Source of the DNA: a virus
IMG/VR virus record: IMGVR_UViG_3300025168_000067
Coordinates: 8,633 to 72,632 of that record
Strand: one strand, 5' to 3'
Length of the DNA: 64,000 bases
The position numbers were made by a program, and so were the translations under genes. A model generated the notes under the pieces. The model was given only the letters and a program-made list of their open reading frames with translations, was not told the origin of the DNA and ran no database searches. Numbering within the stretch: position 1 is the stretch's first letter; every line of letters begins with the position of its first letter. Positions 57,451-64,000 of this stretch are shown here, piece after piece.

Positions 57451-57527
57451 AGGCTCTTAGCTCAGTTGGTCAGAGCATCCGGCTCATAACCGGTCGGTCG
57501 TGGGTTCAAGTCCCACAGAGCCTACCA
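57451..57527 (+). tRNA. tRNA(CAT), likely Ile2 (lysidine type), otherwise elongator Met
   Basis: AGGCTCT/AGAGCCT acceptor, CCGG-CTCATAA-CCGG, CCA; lacks initiator features. Confidence 0.88.
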
Positions 57528-57555
57528 TTTTTTAACAACAACGATAAGGAAAACA

Positions 57556-58053
57556 ATGGGCTGCGATATTCACGGTTTTTGGGAAGTACAGACGCCATCA
57601 GGTAAATGGTTCGCCATACGTGAAATAAACAGCGATAGATCATATGTGTGGTTCGGCGCTGTGGCGGGCGTGAGATCACAGGACATTAGCTCTATCGTGC
57701 CTGTTCGCGGCAGTCCCGCAGATGCCTCTATTGCATGGGCTGACTATTGCACCGATGAAATAGAGTCAGGTTTTCTACATCACTCAACCTGGCTAACACC
57801 GAGTGAAATATCTGCCGCAAACGCAGCATATCGTGAAGCTACAAAAGACTGGAGAGAGCCACACCACCCAAACGATCACGAATCCATACCGCGACTAACA
57901 GATGAGGTTTGCGAACTTATTACAGGATATAACTATGTTAGTGGCCATGGCAATACACAAATTATTAAATGGGCTGGCACGATTGAGGATCTTATTGGAA
58001 AGGATGCTATTTATGAACAGAGTATCAGATTCGTTTGTGCATTTGATAACTGA
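57556..58053 (+). CDS. Phage hypothetical protein (MGCDIH type)
   Basis: MGCDIH..RSY..F..AGVR..RG.P..HSTWLT..RFVCAFDN. Confidence 0.65.
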   Translation: MGCDIHGFWEVQTPSGKWFAIREINSDRSYVWFGAVAGVRSQDISSIVPVRGSPADASIAWADYCTDEIESGFLHHSTWLTPSEISAANAAYREATKDWREPHHPNDHESIPRLTDEVCELITGYNYVSGHGNTQIIKWAGTIEDLIGKDAIYEQSIRFVCAFDN

Positions 58054-58072
58054 GGAATATGAGTTATATCTA

Positions 58073-58309
58073 ATGTCCGATCCAAACATCCAAATAGGCT
58101 CACACGTCGAACATGTGCATGAGGAAAAGTGGCATGGTGAGGTTCTTGGGCTTGTGTTCGACGAAGAAGGACAAGTTGAATCTATTTCGGTTTGGCTCGA
58201 CGATGGTAACGTGGTTGATGACTACATAGAATATTGGGATCATATTGAGGTTGATGCACTACCAGACAATGTTATTGACGCCGCAGATAGGTTTGGAAAA
58301 GAAGAATGA
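58073..58309 (+). CDS. Small SH3-like hypothetical protein
   Basis: IQIGSHVEH..GEVLG..VWLDDG. Confidence 0.55.
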   Translation: MSDPNIQIGSHVEHVHEEKWHGEVLGLVFDEEGQVESISVWLDDGNVVDDYIEYWDHIEVDALPDNVIDAADRFGKEE

Positions 58310-58500
58310 AGTTATTTAAGATCACAGGCCGACACACACAAGTCAAAACACCTGATGGCGTGGTATTAACATGTTGGCTTGGAGCAGAAACTAAAGAAGA
58401 TGCCTTGACATTGTGCGCGGAAAAGGGTATAGTAGATATAGAATGTATTATTGACGATACGAACACGAACCCGTTTCTTGAGGGAAAGAAAGACAGATGA
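58306..58500 (+). CDS. Hypothetical protein
   Basis: ATGA-coupled ORF; contains an internal TTGACA-N17-TATAGT at 58405-58433. Confidence 0.5.
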   Translation: MKLFKITGRHTQVKTPDGVVLTCWLGAETKEDALTLCAEKGIVDIECIIDDTNTNPFLEGKKDR

Positions 58501-58679
58501 GTTATCACGATGGCTACCACTCATATCCAGACACGGGCATTTCTGTTGTAAATCCGCTGATTCAAAACGAAAAGAAGATCATGGAGATCAAGAGACTCCT
58601 GGCCGAATCGGTGGTAAAAGAGATAACAGCCACAGAACTGCGAGAGCAGATTGCAAAAGTATTAAACGAATATGAATGA
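58497..58679 (+). CDS. Hypothetical protein
   Basis: ATGA-coupled ORF. Confidence 0.45.
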   Translation: MSYHDGYHSYPDTGISVVNPLIQNEKKIMEIKRLLAESVVKEITATELREQIAKVLNEYE

Positions 58680-59025
58680 TTTTCACTACGCTAAAGCCGG
58701 CCTACCACGCGATGTTCGCAATGCACCCGACCTAAGAAATGCGTTAAGAATGTATATTGATAAGCGGTTGCTTCACGTTTCGGATATTTGTCTCCAACAC
58801 AACGAAGACCCATTTAGAAAGGAATACGGTTTGATTCATAAGCGTTATGCGAATACATTAACGCTGGTTGCAGAGGCAACACAAGACGTCAACTATTTAA
58901 CGAAGTCAGTTATTGAGTGGATAAGTGAGGACTTTAAGAACGCACTGACGGGGGCACAGAGAGGCGCCGCCGGCATTTGTGGGGCAGAACTATTGAAGAT
59001 CGTTGAAAGCTATGAAGGTCGGTGA
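58672..59025 (+). CDS. Hypothetical protein
   Basis: Coupled ORF; ends YEGR* overlapping the first array gene by 14 nt. Confidence 0.55.
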   Translation: MNDFHYAKAGLPRDVRNAPDLRNALRMYIDKRLLHVSDICLQHNEDPFRKEYGLIHKRYANTLTLVAEATQDVNYLTKSVIEWISEDFKNALTGAQRGAAGICGAELLKIVESYEGR

Positions 59026-59233
59026 CTTAGTTATATATGTTCCCAGATCACGTATGTCTGATAAATATAAGTGGAAAAAGAAAAGTACCACAAAGCTAAC
59101 TGCACCGGGTATCCTCATTGAAGAAATAGTGAATAAAGGTACAACCTCTCGCATGTTTTCAGTACGTTGGCATAGTGGGATAGTAACTGATGAGTGGTCG
59201 GCGTTTCTTATTCCGTATGGAGAAGAAAAATGA
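59012..59233 (+). CDS. MKVGDLV-family SH3-like microprotein
   Basis: MKVGDLVIY..PGILIE..VRWHSG. Confidence 0.7.
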   Translation: MKVGDLVIYVPRSRMSDKYKWKKKSTTKLTAPGILIEEIVNKGTTSRMFSVRWHSGIVTDEWSAFLIPYGEEK

Positions 59234-59424
59234 ATGTAGGTGATCTGGTCAGAGTATCATACAACAAACGCCCGAAACCCGGTGAAGGGTTTGTCAGCAT
59301 TGTGTTGGAGGTCAACAGGAGTGAGAACCACCCAAACGGCTTGGGGTTAGTTAAAGTTTTGGAGGATGGACAAGAGCAATGGTATCCGATTGGGTACATC
59401 GAGGTGATCAGTGAAAGTAGGTAA
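59230..59424 (+). CDS. MKVGDLV-family SH3-like microprotein
   Basis: MNVGDLVRV..IEVISESR*. Confidence 0.7.
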   Translation: MNVGDLVRVSYNKRPKPGEGFVSIVLEVNRSENHPNGLGLVKVLEDGQEQWYPIGYIEVISESR

Positions 59425-59593
59425 CTTAGTTAAAAGAAGGGATGACCACAGACACCACGGTATTGTGATAGAGGTGGCACCCATAGAAACGCGCATCGAT
59501 CATGGAGATAATGTGTGCCGTGTGGAGTGGTCTGACGGCGAGGTTTCTTTTGAGTTTATAAAGATGCTTGAGGTATTGAGTGAAGGTCGGTGA
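59411..59593 (+). CDS. MKVGDLV-family SH3-like microprotein
   Basis: MKVGNLVK..GIVIEV..VEWSDG..LEVLSEGR*. Confidence 0.7.
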   Translation: MKVGNLVKRRDDHRHHGIVIEVAPIETRIDHGDNVCRVEWSDGEVSFEFIKMLEVLSEGR

Positions 59594-59753
59594 TCTGGTC
59601 GAGATTGAAAAGTGGTGCAAGAATAAGGGGCGCAGAGGTATTGTAGTTGAAGCCATTGAATATATGGGGTGCGTTAAAATCCGCTACCTGGATACGGGCG
59701 AACCTTCAAGCGCGCTGAGAGATAACCTGAAGGTGCTAAGTGAAAGTAGGTGA
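59580..59753 (+). CDS. MKVGDLV-family SH3-like microprotein (57 aa, not in ORF track)
   Basis: Translated by hand: MKVGDLVEIEKWCKNKGRRGIVVEA..LKVLSESR*. Confidence 0.7.
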   Translation: MKVGDLVEIEKWCKNKGRRGIVVEAIEYMGCVKIRYLDTGEPSSALRDNLKVLSESR

Positions 59754-59946
59754 TCTAATATCGTTCAAACCAAAATCGTTCGGTGATGATGACTGGTCTA
59801 ACCCCGGTATTGTTCTGGATAGCTATGAGGATGATGATCGACAGGCAGGAGGATGGAAAGACTTGATATGGATTGTATGGATCGACGGTGGCAAGTATAT
59901 GATCAACGAAAGAAACGACGATGTGACTTACTTGACAAGCTCTTGA
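59740..59946 (+). CDS. MKVGDLV-family SH3-like microprotein
   Basis: MKVGDLISF..PGIVLD..VWIDGG. Confidence 0.7.
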   Translation: MKVGDLISFKPKSFGDDDWSNPGIVLDSYEDDDRQAGGWKDLIWIVWIDGGKYMINERNDDVTYLTSS

Positions 59947-59986
59947 CAACTTAAACCTTGACGTAGAGCGCCCTCGGTGTTATATT
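59932..59986 (+). promoter_or_regulatory. Triple-TGACA early promoter module
   Basis: TTGACA(59932), TTGACA(59943), TTGACG(59958)-N17-TATATT, then ATAGGTATAGAAAGGAGG. Confidence 0.75.
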
Positions 59987-60010
59987 ATAGGTATAGAAAG
60001 GAGGAAAATA

Positions 60011-60178
60011 ATGAAAGTAGGCGATCTGGTGGTTTCTGCACGTGGCTATTGGCACACTCCGAGACTTGTAGTATCAACTCACGAAACAGCCAAGGCGTTG
60101 CTCGGAATACTTTGGCCCGATGGCGAGATAAAGTATGTTCATTATAAACACCTGGAGGTTTTAAGTGAAAGCCGGTGA
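60011..60178 (+). CDS. MKVGDLV-family SH3-like microprotein (55 aa, not in ORF track)
   Basis: Translated by hand: MKVGDLVVSARG..ILWPDG..LEVLSESR*; strong SD. Confidence 0.7.
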   Translation: MKVGDLVVSARGYWHTPRLVVSTHETAKALLGILWPDGEIKYVHYKHLEVLSESR

Positions 60179-60353
60179 TTTGGTACGGTTTGAGAGCACA
60201 CAGCACGACGACATGGATCGTTATGGTGTGGAATATGGCGTTGTAGTGAGAATGTCCACCACCGGACACACCACAGAGTCAGCAGAAGTATTGTTTAATG
60301 ATGGAGAATTGGCATGGGTTGGCACTCAAAGATTGGTGGTAATAAGTGAGTAA
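60165..60353 (+). CDS. MKVGDLV-family SH3-like microprotein
   Basis: MKAGDLVRF..GVVVR..VLFNDG..LVVISE*. Confidence 0.7.
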   Translation: MKAGDLVRFESTQHDDMDRYGVEYGVVVRMSTTGHTTESAEVLFNDGELAWVGTQRLVVISE

Positions 60354-60558
60354 TATAAGTAGGCGAGTTTGGAAAGCGAAAGGGCACAACTATATTTTGT
60401 TTGGCACGATCGTTGCTGAGAGAACGACAAATGGGTGGTCGATGGTAAAAGTCGAGTGGGCACAACCGCACCCTGAAGCAAACATGGCAGATGAGTGGCA
60501 GAGACTCGTTGATCTTGGCGATGTGGAGGATTTGATAGAGATGACGCAACAGAAATGA
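60346..60558 (+). CDS. Small SH3-like hypothetical protein
   Basis: GTIVAE..VKVEW; coupled. Confidence 0.55.
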   Translation: MSNISRRVWKAKGHNYILFGTIVAERTTNGWSMVKVEWAQPHPEANMADEWQRLVDLGDVEDLIEMTQQK

Positions 60559-60743
60559 AGGATAGCGGCGCGCCCAGCATTGGCGATCTTGTTATCGCAC
60601 TCTACGATGAGCTACGCGACATTTCTTGTGTTGGGTTGGTGATGGAGACTAAGGGAATTGAATGTAAGATTCAGTGGTCATCGGAAAGTAATCCTATCGG
60701 ATGGTGGCCAAGATCAAAGCTAAAAGTTATCAGCGCAGTCTGA
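60555..60743 (+). CDS. MKVGDLV-family SH3-like microprotein
   Basis: SIGDLVI..GLVME..IQWS..LKVIS. Confidence 0.65.
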   Translation: MKDSGAPSIGDLVIALYDELRDISCVGLVMETKGIECKIQWSSESNPIGWWPRSKLKVISAV

Positions 60744-60794
60744 CATTCTCTTGACAAAAAATATATTGACAACCACATAACATCGTGCTATATT
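60740..60794 (+). promoter_or_regulatory. Triple-TGACA early promoter module
   Basis: CTGACA(60740), TTGACA(60751), TTGACA(60766)-N17-TATATT. Confidence 0.75.
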
Positions 60795-60812
60795 ATATTT
60801 AAGAGAGAAGAA

Positions 60813-61145
60813 TTGCTTGTTAAAAACTTAAAAGTTGGGATGTTGTTGGTGCCAAAGGAGGGCGCGATTTTCAAACACTATAAGGCCCAGTCTGCCCATG
60901 ATGAAACAGAACACTTAGAGTGCTACACTTTACGATCGCACCGTGTTTATCAGCGATATGCGGATCACCCGTTAGCGAAACAACACGTTGTTTATCTCGG
61001 AAAGGCAGCAAAAGAGCACACAGACACAGAGTATTATGAATATAGACACAGAGTGTTCGTCCCTGCTCTTGGTCGGGAAATGCGGATCGCCAGTGAGTGT
61101 TGGCGCAGTATAGAACCACTGGACCTTGGGAGGCCACCACAATGA
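60813..61145 (+). CDS. Hypothetical protein (LKVGMLL start)
   Basis: Directly downstream of the promoter module. Confidence 0.55.
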   Translation: MLVKNLKVGMLLVPKEGAIFKHYKAQSAHDETEHLECYTLRSHRVYQRYADHPLAKQHVVYLGKAAKEHTDTEYYEYRHRVFVPALGREMRIASECWRSIEPLDLGRPPQ

Positions 61146-61236
61146 GAACGGCAATATACACATTTAGTTTTATTTTTATTGGGATTCCGATCATCGGGCT
61201 ATTAACAGTTGCGATAGAAGTGCTTAGGGGCATGCT

Positions 61237-61548
61237 ATGAAGGCCGGCGATCTGGTTACGTTGTCAGCATATTCGGAAGGACTTTCGGATCTGTATAAGT
61301 TTGCTGAACACAGGAGAAAGATGGCCGGAAAGCCACCACTCATCGGACTTGTTGTTAAAAAAGAGGTGCTAACACCTGACCAAAAAGCCTATAGATACTG
61401 CAACTCTGAGAATGAAAAAACACGTTATTATATTAACTGGATGAATAAAGACTGTCCCGTAAGTAGGTACGGAAGTGCAAGACACTATATGAAATCGCAT
61501 GCCTACTTCCTTCGCAAAGACCTCAAATATGTCAGAGGAAACAAGTGA
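61237..61548 (+). CDS. MKVGDLV-family protein with insertions
   Basis: MKAGDLVTL..IGLVVK..INWM..DLKYV. Confidence 0.65.
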   Translation: MKAGDLVTLSAYSEGLSDLYKFAEHRRKMAGKPPLIGLVVKKEVLTPDQKAYRYCNSENEKTRYYINWMNKDCPVSRYGSARHYMKSHAYFLRKDLKYVRGNK

Positions 61549-61778
61549 CCCTACTAAAAACATTTGTATTGATCGGAATAGTCGATTCTTTTGATGCTCG
61601 TTTTGCGACGGTCGAACTAAATACTAATCCTGCCACAAATGGTGGGGCATCCCTCGCAGTGATGCCAATCACCGCGTTTCCATGCGAGATATACGAAGGC
61701 AAAAGGTTTTTCGTTGTAAAACTTGACGAAAACCAAGACTCAGTGATCATTTGCGATCGAGAACCAGAAAAGAAATGA
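61545..61778 (+). CDS. Hypothetical protein
   Basis: GTGA-coupled ORF. Confidence 0.5.
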   Translation: MTLLKTFVLIGIVDSFDARFATVELNTNPATNGGASLAVMPITAFPCEIYEGKRFFVVKLDENQDSVIICDREPEKK

Positions 61779-62098
61779 GTGAGATATTAAGTAAAATGAA
61801 TACATACCCAAGACTTGTTTGTGCCGATGGCTTTGAAATGAGTGTTCAGGCAAACCAGAACGCTTACTGCACCCCGCGCCGGAACAACGCAAAAAAATAT
61901 AAAGAAGTGGAAGTGGGCTTCCCGAGTACTGAAGAACCGATGCTGATGGAATATGTGGAAAGTGAAGGAAAGCCCACCGATACGGTTTATCCTTACGTTC
62001 CAGTGGGCGTCGTAACGAATGTTATCGCTAAGCACGGCGGAATGGTTGAGGGGGATGTGCCTCCCGGCGTTATACCATTGAGAGCTAGCAGCCGGTGA
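61775..62098 (+). CDS. Phage hypothetical protein
   Basis: CADGFEMSVQA..YC.PR..VEVGFPS..DTVYPYVP..HGG; ATGA-coupled start. Confidence 0.65.
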   Translation: MSEILSKMNTYPRLVCADGFEMSVQANQNAYCTPRRNNAKKYKEVEVGFPSTEEPMLMEYVESEGKPTDTVYPYVPVGVVTNVIAKHGGMVEGDVPPGVIPLRASSR

Positions 62099-62319
62099 AG
62101 TTTATAGGCAACCACAAAACCAAAAACTTTCACGTTGGCGATCTCGTTTATGATCAGTTTCATGGTGTTGGAGTCGTGATAGATATTTGTGATCAAATGT
62201 GTGATATGGAAATACGGTTCCGTCGCCCTGAAGAAGTTATATTTATAGGCAGTGATGGCCTTGATATGATTACAGTCGTAAGCAAGGCAAAACACAGAAA
62301 GCCTCACAACCTTCGCTGA
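62095..62319 (+). CDS. MKVGDLV-family SH3-like microprotein
   Basis: FHVGDLVYD..GVGVVID..ITVVS. Confidence 0.6.
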   Translation: MKFIGNHKTKNFHVGDLVYDQFHGVGVVIDICDQMCDMEIRFRRPEEVIFIGSDGLDMITVVSKAKHRKPHNLR

Positions 62320-62320
62320 C

Positions 62321-62375
62321 CTGACATTCACTTGACAACTCTGGCATTGACAGCGGTGGCTTTCAGTGCTATATT
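62321..62375 (+). promoter_or_regulatory. Triple-TGACA early promoter module
   Basis: CTGACA(62321), TTGACA(62332), TTGACA(62347)-N17-TATATT, then ATAGGTATAGAAAGGA. Confidence 0.75.
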
Positions 62376-62399
62376 ATAGGTATAGAAAGGAAGAAAGCA

Positions 62400-62555
62400 A
62401 TGCAAGTCGGCAGTTTGGTACGTGAGACTATAGATGGCAACATCGGTGTCATCTTGGCGTGGGAAAATGACGGCTGGCTTGTCAACTTCCCGAAGCATGG
62501 CATGGTGTTCCACATGATGCCGAGACTCTTGGAGGTGATCAGTGCAAGTCGGTGA
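62400..62555 (+). CDS. MKVGDLV-family SH3-like microprotein (51 aa, not in ORF track)
   Basis: Translated by hand: MQVGSLVRETIDGNIGVIL..LEVISASR*. Confidence 0.7.
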   Translation: MQVGSLVRETIDGNIGVILAWENDGWLVNFPKHGMVFHMMPRLLEVISASR

Positions 62556-62736
62556 CTTAGTTAAACATTTTCTCACAGAGCAAGTGGGCATCGTGCTGAC
62601 GGTAGTGGTGGCCAAGCCTCGCCGTAGCATCGGATCGGTGCATGTGATATGGACTACACAGGGTGATTCGCTTTTCGGTCCCGGCAACAAAGAATGGTGC
62701 TGTCCAGAAAGTTTAGAACACTTGACAACTGCTTGA
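62542..62736 (+). CDS. MKVGDLV-family SH3-like microprotein
   Basis: MQVGDLVKH..GIVL..VIW..SLEHL. Confidence 0.7.
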   Translation: MQVGDLVKHFLTEQVGIVLTVVVAKPRRSIGSVHVIWTTQGDSLFGPGNKEWCCPESLEHLTTA

Positions 62737-62775
62737 CACAATATCGCTTGCTAAATGCTGCCAAGCGGTTATATT
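62722..62775 (+). promoter_or_regulatory. Triple-TGACA early promoter module
   Basis: TTGACA(62722), TTGACA(62733), TTGCTA(62748)-N16-TATATT, then ATAGGCATAGAAAGGA. Confidence 0.7.
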
Positions 62776-62798
62776 ATAGGCATAGAAAGGAAAAAACT

Positions 62799-63008
62799 AT
62801 GACCGAGCAACAACACCCAATCCACGCCGTAGGATCTTTGGTGCGGCACAAGAACCTTCCTGACCGCCCCCTTGCACTTGTTATAGACCATGCGCCTTGT
62901 TCAGGTGGTAGCGGGATCATCGTCAGGGTGCTAAAGCCATCAAGGGGCAATCCAAGCGGTGAGTTTGTCACAACATCTATCAGATGGGAACTTGTTTCTT
63001 CGTCTTGA
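62799..63008 (+). CDS. SH3-like microprotein
   Basis: MTEQQHPIHAVGSLVRH..ALVID..WELVSSS; SD upstream. Confidence 0.6.
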   Translation: MTEQQHPIHAVGSLVRHKNLPDRPLALVIDHAPCSGGSGIIVRVLKPSRGNPSGEFVTTSIRWELVSSS

Positions 63009-63058
63009 CATTAGCCTGACAAGAATCGGCTTGCATCCACAGCCAAACATGTTATATT
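63005..63058 (+). promoter_or_regulatory. Triple-TGACA early promoter module
   Basis: TTGACA(63005), CTGACA(63016), TTGCAT(63031)-N16-TATATT. Confidence 0.7.
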
Positions 63059-63079
63059 ATAAGGGTAAGGAGAGAAGAA

Positions 63080-63457
63080 ATGGGTTATCGTTCAGAAGTT
63101 ATATTGGCAATCGGTCCAGAGGTCATGCCTCAGTTTATGGTTACAATGGCAAAGTCGCCTGAAGCGCGAGAAATGTGTTGGGCAGAACACGATGAAATGA
63201 TTAAGGATTATTGCGATATCGAGGGTGCGTTCCTTTTTCGATGGGATCATATTAAGTGGTACTCATCTTATGAGGGTGTTGCAGCCATTGAAGATTTTAT
63301 GGCTTGGTGCGAGCGCGAGGGAATAAAAGACGAAAAGGGAGAGGAACAAGGTGCCGATAGCTATTATCGTTTCGTCCGTATTGGCGAGGAAACAGATGAT
63401 AACGAGGTTCATGGATGGGCATTTGATATTCACATTGAACGCAGCGCAACTTATTGA
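63080..63457 (+). CDS. Phage hypothetical protein (MGYRSEV type)
   Basis: MGYRSEV..IKWY..FVRIGEETDD; SD AAGGAG. Confidence 0.65.
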   Translation: MGYRSEVILAIGPEVMPQFMVTMAKSPEAREMCWAEHDEMIKDYCDIEGAFLFRWDHIKWYSSYEGVAAIEDFMAWCEREGIKDEKGEEQGADSYYRFVRIGEETDDNEVHGWAFDIHIERSATY

Positions 63458-63463
63458 TTTTAG

Positions 63464-63539
63464 GGGCGAATAGCTCAACTGGTAGAGCAAAAGGCTTTTA
63501 ACCTTTAGGTTCCGGGTTCGAGTCCCGGTTCGCCCACCA
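63464..63539 (+). tRNA. tRNA-Lys(TTT)
   Basis: GGGCGAA/TTCGCCC acceptor, AAAGG-CTTTTAA-CCTTT, GTTCGA, CCA. Confidence 0.94.
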
Positions 63540-63560
63540 CCCTTAACACGAGAAAACACA

Positions 63561-63839
63561 ATGAAAATGACAATCGTAATAGACTCCAGCGACCGAGAAG
63601 GCATCCACGATGCACTAAAGATGGTGCGTATCATGCACACAAAGTATTCGGGGAACGCTACCGCACACAAAGAATCGTTCAGCAAGATTGAGTTTATCAA
63701 GATGCTCCGCAAGTTTATGAAGGAATCCATCGAACACCTTGACGATCCCGATTCTGGACAGGTCCGGGATATGACCGACATGCCAAATCTTCGTAATGCC
63801 AAGCGTTTCGCTGACCGCATATTTACGGGGATGCGATGA
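63561..63839 (+). CDS. Hypothetical protein
   Basis: KIEFIKMLR..LRNAKRFAD; co-oriented. Confidence 0.55.
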   Translation: MKMTIVIDSSDREGIHDALKMVRIMHTKYSGNATAHKESFSKIEFIKMLRKFMKESIEHLDDPDSGQVRDMTDMPNLRNAKRFADRIFTGMR

Positions 63840-64000
63840 AGGTTGGTGATCTGGTGAGAATGAAAACCCATAATACGGGACTTGTCGGCATTGTGATGGG
63901 CAGGTATCCTAAATACACCGATACCGGTCCTATACAGATAGGTATAAAATGGTTTAAGGGGTCAGGTAAGACGGACTGGGAACCCGAATCTTGGTTGGAG
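63836..64000 (+). CDS. MKVGDLV-family microprotein (3'-truncated by window edge)
   Basis: MKVGDLVRMKTHNTGLVGIVM..IKWF..ESWLE, open at the window end. Confidence 0.65.
   Translation, partial: MKVGDLVRMKTHNTGLVGIVMGRYPKYTDTGPIQIGIKWFKGSGKTDWEPESWLE

Noticed and set aside
395-63871. Minus-strand and nested alternative-frame ORFs in the ORF track
   Set aside because: Nearly all shadow longer motif-bearing + strand genes or tRNAs, and none shows recognisable motifs.
59000-64000. CRISPR array or diversity-generating retroelement as the explanation for the repeats
   Set aside because: The repeats are degenerate and separated by 150-250 nt open reading frames rather than 30-40 nt spacers. There is no cas or reverse transcriptase gene and no adenine-specific TR/VR pair in the window.
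59000-64000. Classical integron with attC sites
   Set aside because: No tyrosine integrase in the window, and the junctions are overlapping coding sequence with no inverted-repeat attC structure.
1-64000. Stop-codon reassignment
   Set aside because: Conserved genes are full length in the standard code; TAA, TAG and TGA all end genes at sensible places; no suppressor tRNA was seen.

Overview
This window is a segment of a large tailed bacteriophage genome (contractile-tailed, jumbo-like; standard genetic code). All credible genes are on the + strand. 1-16 kb is the tail module: two paralogous tail sheath genes flanking one tail tube, an assembly chaperone pair, a tape measure protein and baseplate proteins. 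16-40 kb covers replication, recombination and nucleotide metabolism (short family A polymerase, divergent tubulin-like protein, SSB, RecA, 5'-3' exonuclease, DnaB-like helicase, class II RNR, DnaE, dUTPase, IMPDH/GMPR), plus an amidase, an R-M cassette and a Dam-type methylase. Proteostasis genes (GroES, GroEL, J-domain protein, two ClpP) are spread over 26-46 kb, and probable head-packaged proteins lie at 40-54 kb. 55-64 kb is a variable early region with six tRNAs and many tiny genes. The most notable non-standard signals are: (i) an array of small MKVGDLV-type SH3-like genes joined by a conserved dual-coding 24-nt junction, so that each gene behaves like a cassette; (ii) a repeated promoter module YTGACA-N5-YTGACA-N9-[-35]-N16/17-TATATT; (iii) two copies of an H-type RNA pseudoknot with compensatory changes downstream of ssb; (iv) a likely +1/-2 frameshift before the tape measure gene; (v) strong enrichment of the palindrome GCCGGC. 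All calls are by-eye motif recognition; no database searches were run.
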